In this document: in pieces, positions 27,441 to 37,624 of the stretch
Layout: each line of letters starts with the position of its first letter
Numbering within the stretch: the stretch's first letter is position 1
From: Bacteroidota bacterium
Lineage (GTDB): Bacteria > Bacteroidota > Bacteroidia > AKYH767-A > 2013-40CM-41-45
Direction: 5' to 3'
NCBI GenBank assembly: GCA_016711505.1
Contig: JADJSV010000003.1
Location: 133,165 to 197,164 of the forward strand
DNA: 64,000 bases
Made by a program: the position numbers and the translations under genes
Notes under the pieces: generated by a model
What the model saw: only the letters and a program-made list of their open reading frames with translations
Told to the model about the DNA's origin: nothing
The model's database searches: none

Positions 27441-28233
27441 TATTGATACTAATGCCAATGAACGGGAGTTTTATAACGACTGGGCAGAAAAGGTAGATGT
27501 AAGTAAGATAAAAGTTGAAAAGTTTTTTGAATCTTCAACCTGTCCGGAAAACAGATACCTGATGACGGGTATGGATAAGATCAAAGACTCATTGATACTT
27601 GATCTGGGCTGCGGCGCTGGTGAAAACAGTGTCTATTTTACTTTGAAAGGTGCGAATTGTATTGCCACAGATTATTCTGATGGAATGTTGCATGTTGTCG
27701 ACGAACTGGCTGCCCGATATAATGTGAAGGTTAAAACACAGGTAGTGGATGCAATGAATATTCCTTACCCTGATAATACTTTCGATTACGTTTATATAGC
27801 AAATACACTGCATCATGTTGATTTTGATAAATGCACAAATGAGATCTACCGTGTGCTAAAACCAGGTGGTAAAATGTTGTCATGGGATCCGTTAAAACAC
27901 AATCCTATAATCAATATTTACCGACGGATGGCTACAAAAGTGAGAACAGAAGATGAAAGTCCTTTGAATATAAATGTTGTCGATAAACTGAAAAAGAATT
28001 TTTCTTCTGTACAATATGATACATTCTGGTTTGCAACTTTATGGATCTTCATCCGCTTTTACCTGATTGAAAAAGTTCATCCAAATGATGAGCCTTACTG
28101 GAAGAAAATTATTTCTGATGAAGAACGGATAAGAAGCAGATACTTGAGACTGGAAAAATTTGACAGGTTTTTCAAAAAAATTCCTTTCATGAAAAGATTT
28201 GCATGGAATATAGCAATCATTGCAACTAAATGA
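27427..28233 (+). CDS. class I SAM-dependent methyltransferase
   Basis: Motif I ILDLGCGAGENSVYF. Motif post-I ATDYSDGM. Motif II FDYVYIANTLHHV. Confidence 0.75.
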   Translation: MTKSNIDTNANEREFYNDWAEKVDVSKIKVEKFFESSTCPENRYLMTGMDKIKDSLILDLGCGAGENSVYFTLKGANCIATDYSDGMLHVVDELAARYNVKVKTQVVDAMNIPYPDNTFDYVYIANTLHHVDFDKCTNEIYRVLKPGGKMLSWDPLKHNPIINIYRRMATKVRTEDESPLNINVVDKLKKNFSSVQYDTFWFATLWIFIRFYLIEKVHPNDEPYWKKIISDEERIRSRYLRLEKFDRFFKKIPFMKRFAWNIAIIATK

Positions 28234-28247
28234 TCTGTTGTAGTTAA

Positions 28248-30200
28248 ATGATAAACAACAAAGATTCAATAATTCAAAGAACTGCGATCATCGGTTTATT
28301 AACCTTGCTCACATTCGCTTTGTATTTTTTCAGAATGCAAGGGTTTGGATTATATGAAGATGATTATTCTTTCGTTGGTTCATTTATTGGTCTTCCAGGT
28401 TCTGATATTTATTTAAATACAATCAATTGCCTTAGAGAAATGCCTCAAGGTCGTCCATTGGCTTTTCTTTTCCCGGCAATCGTTACCTATTTTGGTGTAA
28501 ATCTGACCGACGATTTAATTATTGTTTATTCGATCGGCGCATTGTTCTGCGCGGCAAATGCTTTTTTTGTTTATTCTATCCTTAGAAACTGGATAAGTCT
28601 TCCAAGTGCTTTAATAGGAGCGCTGTTATTTTTGTTAAGCCCTTCTGATACCACGAAAATACTTCTTACTCATAATCTCATTCTTCAGCCAAGTTTATTT
28701 TGTGCGCTTCTCGGAATCATATTTTATACAAAGTCAAATCGATTATATCTTTTTCCGGCTTACCTCTTCGGTGCAATGACTTTATTGTTTTATGAATCCG
28801 GAATTCTGGTATTTCTTTTCGCACCGTTTTTTGTAATTAATAATAAAAATAGTTTTATAAAACGATTGTTAGTGCATATCACCTTGATTGCTTTAACAAT
28901 TATTTGTCTATACTTAATACGCGCAAGTCAGGGTGAATCCAGAGTAAACGACCTGATTGCAGGAAGTAAACTTGAGCTCATCTTCAGAATTCTTACCGGA
29001 CCATTTATTGGAATTGGTGGTTCATTGGCAGCGATGACATATGGTACTCTAAAAGGAATTCAAAAAGCTCTTGTCATTGAGATCGTCCCGATCATTATTG
29101 CAGGCATTGGTTTAACTTTTTGGCTGCTGAAATATTTTTTAAAAGCCGGGAGGAGTGCTGAGTTGAATAGTGTTATAGTTGTTGTCCCTGAATTCCTTCA
29201 ACGCATCTTTAAAAACAATAGAATTCTACCTTTAAAAATAAAAGAACTATTTGCAGAAAATAATTTTTCTATTCGCTATCCGGCATATATTCTTTTTGTG
29301 GGCGCATTGATGATTCCGGCAGCTTATCTACTGGCATTTACGCATTATCCTCCAATTACACTATCAGGCAGACTGACTTCTGTTCATCTTCCATCGACAG
29401 TAGCATGGGCAGTTTTTTTAGGAGGACTTATTGAATTTTTATTGACATCTGAGATCAGACGCAACTTAAAATCATTGATTGTATCAATGATTGGCGTTGT
29501 ATTAATTTTGTGGAGTTCATATGCGGTTTATATTCAGGATGGATATTATACAGTATGGCAGGGACAAAAAATATTCTGGAAAGAAGTCACAACGTTGACA
29601 CCTGACATGAACAAAAATGCGACAGTGGTATTTGATAAAAACATCGTTGATTATTCAAGAACCTGGTGCTTTGGCCGAAACATAATAGGAGGAGCTGATT
29701 GGTCGTTGCCAACCGCCTTCAGTATGTATATGGGTAATCAGTTTGAATTGAATAGGCCGGTAGTCATTAAATCAATAGAAGAATTGATCTGGCAGAAATC
29801 AGATGATAAGATCCGGTTCTTTAATGTCTCACTACCGACATGGGGAGTATGGACTGAATTGGATACAGCACAAACAATTTTCTTTTCAATGAATGAAGAA
29901 GGAGATTTACAGAGAGTTCAAAAAATGTCTGTATACAATTATCAGTTGCCCATTTACTATACAACTATTGATGGATTAACTTATGCAAAACCATCCACTG
30001 AATTGCCTCCTAACGTTATATCAGGTTATTATCATGTTCGGGGAAATCAACCCGAATATTTTGAGGAAAAGGGTCATAGCGGTGATTATATTGACATTCA
30101 ATTTGAGAAAATGTCTTATACAACAAATTTATCATCATTTAAACCCAATGGTTGCCTTAAAACTTTCATGGAAACCGGCAAATTCGGTTTAAAGAAATAG
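28248..30200 (+). CDS. large polytopic membrane protein, possibly a GT-C-type glycosyltransferase (GtrC/ArnT-like)
   Basis: About 12 predicted TM segments across the first 430 aa, then a 220-aa soluble C-terminal domain. Sits with the GT2 and MTase genes. Confidence 0.4.
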   Translation: MINNKDSIIQRTAIIGLLTLLTFALYFFRMQGFGLYEDDYSFVGSFIGLPGSDIYLNTINCLREMPQGRPLAFLFPAIVTYFGVNLTDDLIIVYSIGALFCAANAFFVYSILRNWISLPSALIGALLFLLSPSDTTKILLTHNLILQPSLFCALLGIIFYTKSNRLYLFPAYLFGAMTLLFYESGILVFLFAPFFVINNKNSFIKRLLVHITLIALTIICLYLIRASQGESRVNDLIAGSKLELIFRILTGPFIGIGGSLAAMTYGTLKGIQKALVIEIVPIIIAGIGLTFWLLKYFLKAGRSAELNSVIVVVPEFLQRIFKNNRILPLKIKELFAENNFSIRYPAYILFVGALMIPAAYLLAFTHYPPITLSGRLTSVHLPSTVAWAVFLGGLIEFLLTSEIRRNLKSLIVSMIGVVLILWSSYAVYIQDGYYTVWQGQKIFWKEVTTLTPDMNKNATVVFDKNIVDYSRTWCFGRNIIGGADWSLPTAFSMYMGNQFELNRPVVIKSIEELIWQKSDDKIRFFNVSLPTWGVWTELDTAQTIFFSMNEEGDLQRVQKMSVYNYQLPIYYTTIDGLTYAKPSTELPPNVISGYYHVRGNQPEYFEEKGHSGDYIDIQFEKMSYTTNLSSFKPNGCLKTFMETGKFGLKK

Positions 30201-30285
30201 CGATGGTCTGTTTTTTTATTGGTTGGGAAGGAATGTGCCCGAACCATCTCCTAAATCATCTCTCACAATTTAGCCTTGAAATAAA

Positions 30286-30777
30286 GTGAACTGGAATTAT
30301 ATTACCTCTATCGAAAACTTAAATCAATTACACGAAGTTTCTAATACCAAATCAATCCTGATATTCAAACATAGCACAGCTTGCAATATCAGCTCAATGG
30401 TATTGAACAGAATTGAATCCAAGTGGAAAAATGAATATTCTGAATCGATCATCCCTTATTTTCTGGATCTGATTTCCTATAAGTCAATCTCGAACGAAAT
30501 TTCAAACAGATATCAGGTCATTCACGAATCCCCCCAGGTTCTTATTATCCAGAATGGAATAAGTGTCTATGATGAATCACATAATGGAATCAGAATGGAT
30601 GCAATTTTAGAAAATTTAAAAAGAAAAACCAAAAGGAAGTTTCTCCACTTTTCTTTTCATATTATTAAACATACTTCTCCCCCTTCTTCAACTTCACATC
30701 ATTCACCAGATTCCGAACTCCTTGTTCATCATCTTTCGGACAGATCAGTAACACATTGTCTGTTTCAACGACAATGA
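30286..30777 (+). CDS. YtxJ-like thioredoxin-fold protein (bacillithiol-system monothiol family)
   Basis: IFKHSTACNIS and HESPQVLIIQNG match YtxJ's FKHSTxCPIS and HESPQ. The ORF has no stop until 30777, so its 3' end overlaps the convergent gene. Confidence 0.6.
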   Translation: MNWNYITSIENLNQLHEVSNTKSILIFKHSTACNISSMVLNRIESKWKNEYSESIIPYFLDLISYKSISNEISNRYQVIHESPQVLIIQNGISVYDESHNGIRMDAILENLKRKTKRKFLHFSFHIIKHTSPPSSTSHHSPDSELLVHHLSDRSVTHCLFQRQ

Positions 30778-31750
30778 AATTTTCCAAACCCTGAATTACT
30801 GCAAGTTTGTTGTTTGACATATTTACAATACAGTTTTTGGTGTTGTCGACCATAACATGCGGACCTACAATTGCATTTCCATTTGTGTCATGTGGAAGTT
30901 GTTCGTATAGTGATTTCCATGTCCCTAGATCACTCCAGCCAAATTCTGCACTTAGTACATATACATTTTTTGCTTTCTCTAAAATCCCGTAATCGATTGA
31001 AATGTTTTTGCATTGTGTGTATGCATTTTTAATGTATTCAGCTTCACCGGGAGTGTTCAGCATTTCTTTTCCTTCCTGAAACAATGCATACATATCGGGC
31101 ATCAGGTCTTCAAAAGCTTTCAAAATAGTTTTTGCATTCCATAAAAAGATTCCGGCATTCCATAAAAATTCTCCGCTCTTCAGAAAGAATTTCGCCATTT
31201 CCAGGTTTGGTTTCTCTGTAAAAGTCTTCACCTTGCTGATCTTGAATTCTTCTGTGCTCTCGTCGCCGTTGAATTGTATGTAACCATAGCCGGTATCAGG
31301 GCGACTCGGGTGAATACCGATCGTTAGCAGTGAACTATTATTAGCTGTGAAATCTAATCCTTTTAATACTGCCTCGTGAAATTTTTTCTCATCGGTGATC
31401 ACATGATCGGAAGGTGCAATAATCAGATTTGCATCCGGATTTATACTGAAGATCTTCATACTTGCATATGCAATGCATGGTGAAGTATTTCTTCTTTGCG
31501 GTTCTGCCAACACCTGATTTTTATTCAGCTCAGGGATTTGACTGTAGACATGATCAAGATATGCCTCATTCGTTACGATGTAAATATTTTCTTTCGGACA
31601 AACACTTAGAAAACGTTCATACGTTTGGCGGATAAGTGTTTTACCCGTTCCTAAAATGTCAATGAATTGCTTCGGGAAATTGTTACGACTCATGGGCCAG
31701 AAACGACTGCCAATGCCGCCGGCCATGATGATACAGTAATTGTTTTTCAT
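30665..31750 (-). CDS. mannose-1-phosphate guanylyltransferase
   Basis: N-terminus MKNNYCIIMAGGIGSRFWPMSR..PKQF is the nucleotidyltransferase G-loop. About 360 aa. Confidence 0.8.
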   Translation of the reverse strand: MKNNYCIIMAGGIGSRFWPMSRNNFPKQFIDILGTGKTLIRQTYERFLSVCPKENIYIVTNEAYLDHVYSQIPELNKNQVLAEPQRRNTSPCIAYASMKIFSINPDANLIIAPSDHVITDEKKFHEAVLKGLDFTANNSSLLTIGIHPSRPDTGYGYIQFNGDESTEEFKISKVKTFTEKPNLEMAKFFLKSGEFLWNAGIFLWNAKTILKAFEDLMPDMYALFQEGKEMLNTPGEAEYIKNAYTQCKNISIDYGILEKAKNVYVLSAEFGWSDLGTWKSLYEQLPHDTNGNAIVGPHVMVDNTKNCIVNMSNNKLAVIQGLENFIVVETDNVLLICPKDDEQGVRNLVNDVKLKKGEKYV

Positions 31751-31839
31751 CAGAAATTTTGTTACAAACTTGTCTTTTAGTAAAGGTCTATTCGATAACG
31801 ATAGGTTGTAACTGTTAGTGGATTAATTAATATTTACTC

Positions 31840-33129
31840 TTAAGAAAGCGCGCTCAGTGCCTTTTTTAAGTTTCCGAAAACCTCAGGAATTTCTTCTTTC
31901 GTACATGTGCCAACAGATAACCGATACCATGGTGAATCATCTGATGAGCCGAATGCAGAGAATGGAACGACAGCAAGTTTTGCTTCGTCAAGAATATATT
32001 GCGTCACATCTTTTTGGGTTGTTAAAGTTTTTCCGCTTGCACTTTTCTTTCCTTTCAGATTCAGATTTATGGTAAGATAAATTGCTGCTTGCGGAGAAAT
32101 TGCATCCACATTATATCCGGATTTTTTCAAAGAAATGAATCCATCATAAAATCCATGAAGTCTTTCATCAATAGCTTGCTTGAATTGTCCAAGGAAAGTA
32201 TTCAATGCATTTTTATTTTTCAGATAATCAGCTGTAGCAATTTGTTCTGCTTTCGGAGCCCAGGCTCCTACATGAGAAAGTATCGCTTTCATCTTGTCGA
32301 TGATAACACGCGGACCAAATGACCAGCCTACACGTACACCAGTTGCAGCAAGTGACTTCGAAATCCCGTCAATGAAAATTGTGTATTCACGCATTTCAGG
32401 ACGAAGAGAAATCGGATCGTAATGCTTTGTTTGGCCGTAAGTCAATACCCAATAGATCTGATCATACATCAGATACAATGGTTTTGCACCCGGACCGCGA
32501 CGTTTATTTTCTGCAATGATCATGTCGCAGATCTCTGCAAGCTGTGATTCGCCGAAAACTGTACCTGTCGGATTCAAAGGGGAACACAATGCAATCATCG
32601 TCGCTTCTTTGATATGCGGACGAAGATCGTCGGCAGAAGGCATAAAATTATTTTCAGGACGCGTCTCGACAAAAATTGGTTTCACACGCGACAAATGACA
32701 GTAATGATTATTGTTCCATGATGGTACCGGAAAAATTACTGATTCACCGGGATTCAATAAGGTGATGTATGTAGCATAAATAAGCGGACGTGCACCTCCT
32801 GAAATAAGAATCTCATCAGCTGAATAATTCAATCCTTGACGTTCTTTCAGAAATTCAGCAACTTCTTTACGCAGATCAACCATGCCGTTTGCAGCCGGAT
32901 AATTTGTGTGTTTGTTTTCGTAGGCTTTTATTATCGCATCATTTAACTCAGATGGAATAGGAAAAATCTTTGGGTCAAAATCGCCGATCGTATAATTGTA
33001 GATCCTTTCGCCGTTTCGAATTTTTTCGTTGATCTCAGCAGCTAGTTTAATGATCTCTGAACCAATTAATGTTTCAGCCATTTCTGAAACCATATGCTGC
33101 TCGCTCTGCATTAATGCGCTGTCCGACAT
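31840..33129 (-). CDS. class I/II PLP-dependent aminotransferase
   Basis: ...ISKSLAATGVRVGW... is the PLP-lysine region. About 430 aa. Confidence 0.7.
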   Translation of the reverse strand: MSDSALMQSEQHMVSEMAETLIGSEIIKLAAEINEKIRNGERIYNYTIGDFDPKIFPIPSELNDAIIKAYENKHTNYPAANGMVDLRKEVAEFLKERQGLNYSADEILISGGARPLIYATYITLLNPGESVIFPVPSWNNNHYCHLSRVKPIFVETRPENNFMPSADDLRPHIKEATMIALCSPLNPTGTVFGESQLAEICDMIIAENKRRGPGAKPLYLMYDQIYWVLTYGQTKHYDPISLRPEMREYTIFIDGISKSLAATGVRVGWSFGPRVIIDKMKAILSHVGAWAPKAEQIATADYLKNKNALNTFLGQFKQAIDERLHGFYDGFISLKKSGYNVDAISPQAAIYLTINLNLKGKKSASGKTLTTQKDVTQYILDEAKLAVVPFSAFGSSDDSPWYRLSVGTCTKEEIPEVFGNLKKALSALS

Positions 33130-33216
33130 TGGAATTCTGTTTACGTATGTTCACAAATGTATTAATATCTTCTGACTTTTTAACTATGAAAAGGGAATAA
33201 TAGCCTTAAAATTCAA

Positions 33217-33873
33217 CTATTTCCCGGTTTCCCTGACATTGTTTTCAATCTGAATAACCTCGGCCAGTCCACTTACATAATATTGTCGGTTGGTATTCAC
33301 TTCCAGACAACGAAATCTGGTCCGCATTTTTTCACCTTTTTGAAAGATCATTCCCGAACGAGATTGATAAAGTGCGAATCTGGAATTTGCTGATAGTTCT
33401 TCCAGATGAAAAACTTCCTGACTTCCATTTTTAACATCATATTTTTTTAAAGTCCTGAAAAGATTGTGATCGCTACAACTTGTCGCTGCAGGATTTTTAA
33501 GGTAGGAGGAAAGTGCAGTTGAAATGTCGTCGGGAAAAACTCTTCTTACAACAAAATTACCCAGCAAATTTCTGAATTCGTTTTTCCATTCTCTCCCATG
33601 AGGTTCATGACGAAATGGATATTTTGTAAATGTATGCAGGTGCGCTACCTCATGAACAAAGGTGATCAGAAACGCATATTTGTTCAGATCGTGATTAACA
33701 GAAATATGATGTCCCTTTCCTCTTTCCAGAGGTTTGTAATCACCAAATTTTGATGCACGCCCCCGTGTAATTTTTAAATGGATATTTTTCTGAATGATCC
33801 ACGAGGTACATTCATCAACTGTTTCATGAGGAATATAATTCGATAATACAGCAGCAATTTTCTCCCGGGACAT
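33217..33873 (-). CDS. SprT-like zinc-metallopeptidase-fold protein
   Basis: Contains the HExxH motif in FVHEVAHLHTF, and the SprT-like GREWKNEF. Confidence 0.6.
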   Translation of the reverse strand: MSREKIAAVLSNYIPHETVDECTSWIIQKNIHLKITRGRASKFGDYKPLERGKGHHISVNHDLNKYAFLITFVHEVAHLHTFTKYPFRHEPHGREWKNEFRNLLGNFVVRRVFPDDISTALSSYLKNPAATSCSDHNLFRTLKKYDVKNGSQEVFHLEELSANSRFALYQSRSGMIFQKGEKMRTRFRCLEVNTNRQYYVSGLAEVIQIENNVRETGK

Positions 33874-33918
33874 ATTGTGATCAAAAATAATTTTAATTAA
33901 TCCGGACGAAGATAAATA

Positions 33919-36045
33919 TTATTTCAACAATTGATATGCAATCAAACTTGCTATATACGCCATACCGCTCATGTATAAAATTTGTATCAATGGGTATTTG
34001 ATTTTTCTGGTCTCTCGGAATACTATGGCCACTGTACTGATACATTGCATGGCAAAAGCATAGAATAACATCAAAGAAATCCCTACAGCAAAAGTATACT
34101 TTGGTCCGCCCGTTTCAGGATCAATTTCGTTCCGCATTTTTTCTTTCACAGTCATCTTACTGCTGGCTTCGTCGCCGACACTGTATATCGTAGACATTGT
34201 TCCAACAAAAACTTCTCTTGCTGCAAATGAAGTTATTAAAGCGACTCCAATTTTCCAGTCATAACCCAGTGGTTTGATTATGGGTTCTATAATATGCCCT
34301 AATCTTCCGGCATATGAATTCTCCAGTTTTTCACTCTGGATCTGACGGTCAATTTCTTCTTTCGGCATAGACCGCGTATATGTTTCTGACATGTACTTCT
34401 CTTCGATTCTTTCGAATGAATCTGAAGGACCAAAGGATGAAAGAAACCAGAGAATAATGGAAACAGATACAATTACTTTCCCTGCTTCAAATAAAAAGAC
34501 CTTAACTTTTTCAGCAATGTGTATTCCAATTGTTGACCAACGGGGAATTCTATAGGTTGGTAATTCCATTACGAAATAACTTTTCTCTTTGCTGTTGATG
34601 ATATGCTTCATTACCCACGCAGCCAAAAGTGCTGCTACAAAACCAATCAAGTACATCAGCATGAGGACTAAGCCCTGTAAATTCACTCCATAGATGTAAT
34701 CACTTGGAATGATCAGTGCAATCAGCAATGTATATACCGGAAGACGTGCAGAACAACTCATCAATGGTGTGACCATGATGGTAATCAATCGTTCTTTCCA
34801 ATTCGAAATTGTTCGTGTCGACATAATTGCAGGAACTGCACAGGCAACACCACTCATCAATGGAATCAGTGATTTACCATTTAATCCGAATTTCCGCATG
34901 AGCTGATCCATCAGAAAACTAACACGCGACATGTAACCGGTATCTTCAAGTACTGCAACAAAGAAAAACAGTAATGCAATTTGTGGAACGAATACTACGA
35001 TGCCATTTAAGCCGGCTAATATTCCATCAACTAAAAGATCATTTATCAAACCCGGAGGTAGAGAGCTCTGAACTTGTTCACTCAGCCATGCAAATGCTGA
35101 ATCTATCAGATCCATTGGATAAATTGCCCATGCAAAGATTGCCTGGAAGACCAGAAAAAGGACGGCAAGAAAAATAAAATATCCCCAGAAGCGATGTGTC
35201 AGAATATTATCAATCCGGAATGAAGGTGATTTCTGAATCGGGTTTTCAGGAGATGAAATGAACTCTTGCATGATCGTACTGATCACACGATATCGTTCAA
35301 GAGTCTCTTTGGCCTGCATCTGCTGACCATTGAATTCATATTGTGCACAAACTGCACGTATCTTTTCTTTCTTGAATTCAGGAATTTCGAAGTTCGATAT
35401 AAGATCGAGATTGTTTGCTACAAGAAATGCATTGTAATTACTTTTTACGTTTACTGTTTGCCGGATTGTATCAACTACTTCAGGAGCGAAAACCCTGATG
35501 TCAATGAAATCATTGACGGGTGGATTGAACGGTTGAACAATTGCAAGTTTCAATTCCTTTAATCCTTCAAGTTTCCTGGCGTTCATTGCAACGATAGGAA
35601 CTCCAAGTCGCTCAGACAATTTTTCAAAGTTGATATTGATCTTCTTGAAACGAACAATATCCATCATGTTGATTACAAGAATGACAGGAATTTTCAAATC
35701 AACTAATTGCGAACACAGAAATAAATTTCTTTTTAGATTCGCTCCATCGGCTACAACTATAGTAAGATCAGGATGCGCTTCATTTTGTGGGTCACACAAC
35801 AGTTGAAATGGAATTCTCTCTTCAGGCGATTTCGGATATAAGGAGTAAGTGCCGGGAAGGTCAATGATCTCCGCGTCTACCGTATTTCCAAATTTGTCAC
35901 GCAGTGATGTGTAACCAATTTTCTTTTCAACGGTTACTCCGGGAAAGTTTGCAACCTTCTGATTTAATCCTGTGAGTGCATTAAAAACAGATGACTTCCC
36001 ACTGTTGGGATTTCCTACTAAAGCTATTTTTATCTTTTTTGTCAC
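33919..36045 (-). CDS. feoB: ferrous iron transporter FeoB
   Basis: G-domain IALVGNPNSGKSSVFNALTG, DLPGTYSL, and a polytopic C-terminal permease. Confidence 0.9.
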   Translation of the reverse strand: MTKKIKIALVGNPNSGKSSVFNALTGLNQKVANFPGVTVEKKIGYTSLRDKFGNTVDAEIIDLPGTYSLYPKSPEERIPFQLLCDPQNEAHPDLTIVVADGANLKRNLFLCSQLVDLKIPVILVINMMDIVRFKKININFEKLSERLGVPIVAMNARKLEGLKELKLAIVQPFNPPVNDFIDIRVFAPEVVDTIRQTVNVKSNYNAFLVANNLDLISNFEIPEFKKEKIRAVCAQYEFNGQQMQAKETLERYRVISTIMQEFISSPENPIQKSPSFRIDNILTHRFWGYFIFLAVLFLVFQAIFAWAIYPMDLIDSAFAWLSEQVQSSLPPGLINDLLVDGILAGLNGIVVFVPQIALLFFFVAVLEDTGYMSRVSFLMDQLMRKFGLNGKSLIPLMSGVACAVPAIMSTRTISNWKERLITIMVTPLMSCSARLPVYTLLIALIIPSDYIYGVNLQGLVLMLMYLIGFVAALLAAWVMKHIINSKEKSYFVMELPTYRIPRWSTIGIHIAEKVKVFLFEAGKVIVSVSIILWFLSSFGPSDSFERIEEKYMSETYTRSMPKEEIDRQIQSEKLENSYAGRLGHIIEPIIKPLGYDWKIGVALITSFAAREVFVGTMSTIYSVGDEASSKMTVKEKMRNEIDPETGGPKYTFAVGISLMLFYAFAMQCISTVAIVFRETRKIKYPLIQILYMSGMAYIASLIAYQLLK

Positions 36046-36063
36046 AGAGGATCTTCAATAAAC

Positions 36064-36327
36064 TTAATTAGTTTTGATACGGACCGTCGCAGCTTCCGCC
36101 TTTCTTAGACTTAACATATAGCCGGCTACTGAAATGGCGATCGGATCTCCCAAGGGAGCGATCCTGATCACTTCAATCATTTCACCCGGAATGCAGCCCA
36201 TTTCCAACAATTTGAGGGATAATTCATAATCAGTAAATGAGTCAATCAAGCCTTTTTGGCCTTTTTTCAACTCAGAAAGCAATCTGATAGTCGTCCCCAT
36301 TTCCTTATTAAGAATCATTTTAAACAA
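36064..36327 (-). CDS. feoA: ferrous iron transport protein FeoA
   Basis: 87 aa SH3-like protein, reading ...GQKGLIDSF...LLEMGCIPGEMIEVI... Confidence 0.75.
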   Translation of the reverse strand: MFKMILNKEMGTTIRLLSELKKGQKGLIDSFTDYELSLKLLEMGCIPGEMIEVIRIAPLGDPIAISVAGYMLSLRKAEAATVRIKTN

Positions 36328-36502
36328 GCGGTCAAAAGTATTCCTTATTTTCTAATAACAAGCGGATTTTTGTCATTAATAAACGAAAAACATCAAATAT
36401 AAAACACTGAAAATCAATAGTTAATTTGAAGTTGTCCAAATTTTTCCGGAAATAAAAAGGAAAGCACAAAAACGATTGCAGCTTGAATGAGTTAATTTCT
36501 TG

Positions 36503-36655
36503 TCAGGAACTCTTTTCAACTGACTTTTCTGTTCGTTTTCCGAAAGAAGGACAATCACACTTTTTCTTGAAAATGAAACAACCGCTGCTACCAAATGAAA
36601 TTGCAAAGATCATAAGACAAAATAAAAAACGGTTTTTATTTCTGTTGAAGGTCAT
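36503..36655 (-). CDS. possible small Cys-containing lipoprotein upstream of feoAB
   Basis: Internal ATG of the 36503..36751 ORF gives MTFNRNKNRFLFCLMIFAISFGSSGC-FIFKKKCDCPSFGKRTEKSVEKSS. That is a lipobox-like signal plus a C-x6-C-x-C patch. Confidence 0.25.
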   Translation of the reverse strand: MTFNRNKNRFLFCLMIFAISFGSSGCFIFKKKCDCPSFGKRTEKSVEKSS

Positions 36656-36808
36656 AGTAGTATTGTGAATTGTAAAGGTAACGAATAGTAGCTGTTTAAA
36701 TTTAAAATAATTCAATGACTGGCTCACTTTATTGACAATCGTCGCTTCCATGGTTGTTCAATCTCGAATCTCGAACTACTACTCTCGGATTACCACATTC
36801 TAACAACT

Positions 36809-37624
36809 TTGTTGGTATTCTCCTCATTACACAACTTTAAGAGAACGATTCGCGGGACATTTTTATTATTTTTACAGCCACTTATGAATTGGCTTTTTCA
36901 CTTAGGAAGGTATTGGATCTTTATGAAAGATCTGATCATTAAACCGGAAAAATTTTCCATCTATTGGAAGCAACTGATACGCGAACTAGATAATTTCGGA
37001 TACGGTTCACTAGGCATTGTTGCACTTACTTCTGTCTTTATGGGAGCAGTAATTACAATTCAAACTGTTTACAATCTTGTCAACCCACTGGTACCATTAT
37101 CAGCAGTAGGTATTGTAGCCCGCGATTCAATTATTCTGGAATTCTCTCCGACTATGATGTCGCTTGTATTAGCAGGAAAGATCGGGTCAAGTATTGCATC
37201 AGAGATCGGAACAATGCGTGTTACTGAACAGATCGATGCTTTGGAAATTATGGGGATAAACTCTTCCGCTTATCTGGTCTTGCCAAAGATCCTTGCAGCA
37301 ATGTTCATCTTTCCTTTTGTGGTACTCATCTCTATGTTTCTTGGAATTGCCGGCGGCTGGATCGCAGGTGTACTTGCAGGAGTGGTTAGTTCTGCTGATT
37401 ATGTGAAAGGTATTCAGGATTCTTTCGTACCATTCAATATTGTTTTTGCATTGATCAAAACAATAACATTCGCTTATATCATCACAACTGTATCTGCTTA
37501 CCATGGATACCATACTGAAGGTGGTGCATTGGAAGTTGGACAATCAAGTACAAGCGCTGTTGTATACAGCAGCATCCTCATTCTGATCTTTGACTATCTG
37601 CTTACTCAATTAATTCTGACATGA
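36809..37624 (+). CDS. mlaE: MlaE-family ABC transporter permease
   Basis: Polytopic. ...TEQIDALEIMGINS... is the MlaE signature. Confidence 0.75.
   Translation: MLVFSSLHNFKRTIRGTFLLFLQPLMNWLFHLGRYWIFMKDLIIKPEKFSIYWKQLIRELDNFGYGSLGIVALTSVFMGAVITIQTVYNLVNPLVPLSAVGIVARDSIILEFSPTMMSLVLAGKIGSSIASEIGTMRVTEQIDALEIMGINSSAYLVLPKILAAMFIFPFVVLISMFLGIAGGWIAGVLAGVVSSADYVKGIQDSFVPFNIVFALIKTITFAYIITTVSAYHGYHTEGGALEVGQSSTSAVVYSSILILIFDYLLTQLILT

Noticed and set aside
36421-36606. 61-aa minus-strand ORF (MQFHLVAAVVSFSRKS...) in the feoA upstream region
   Set aside because: It overlaps, in another frame, the more plausible small lipoprotein-like ORF, and has no features.
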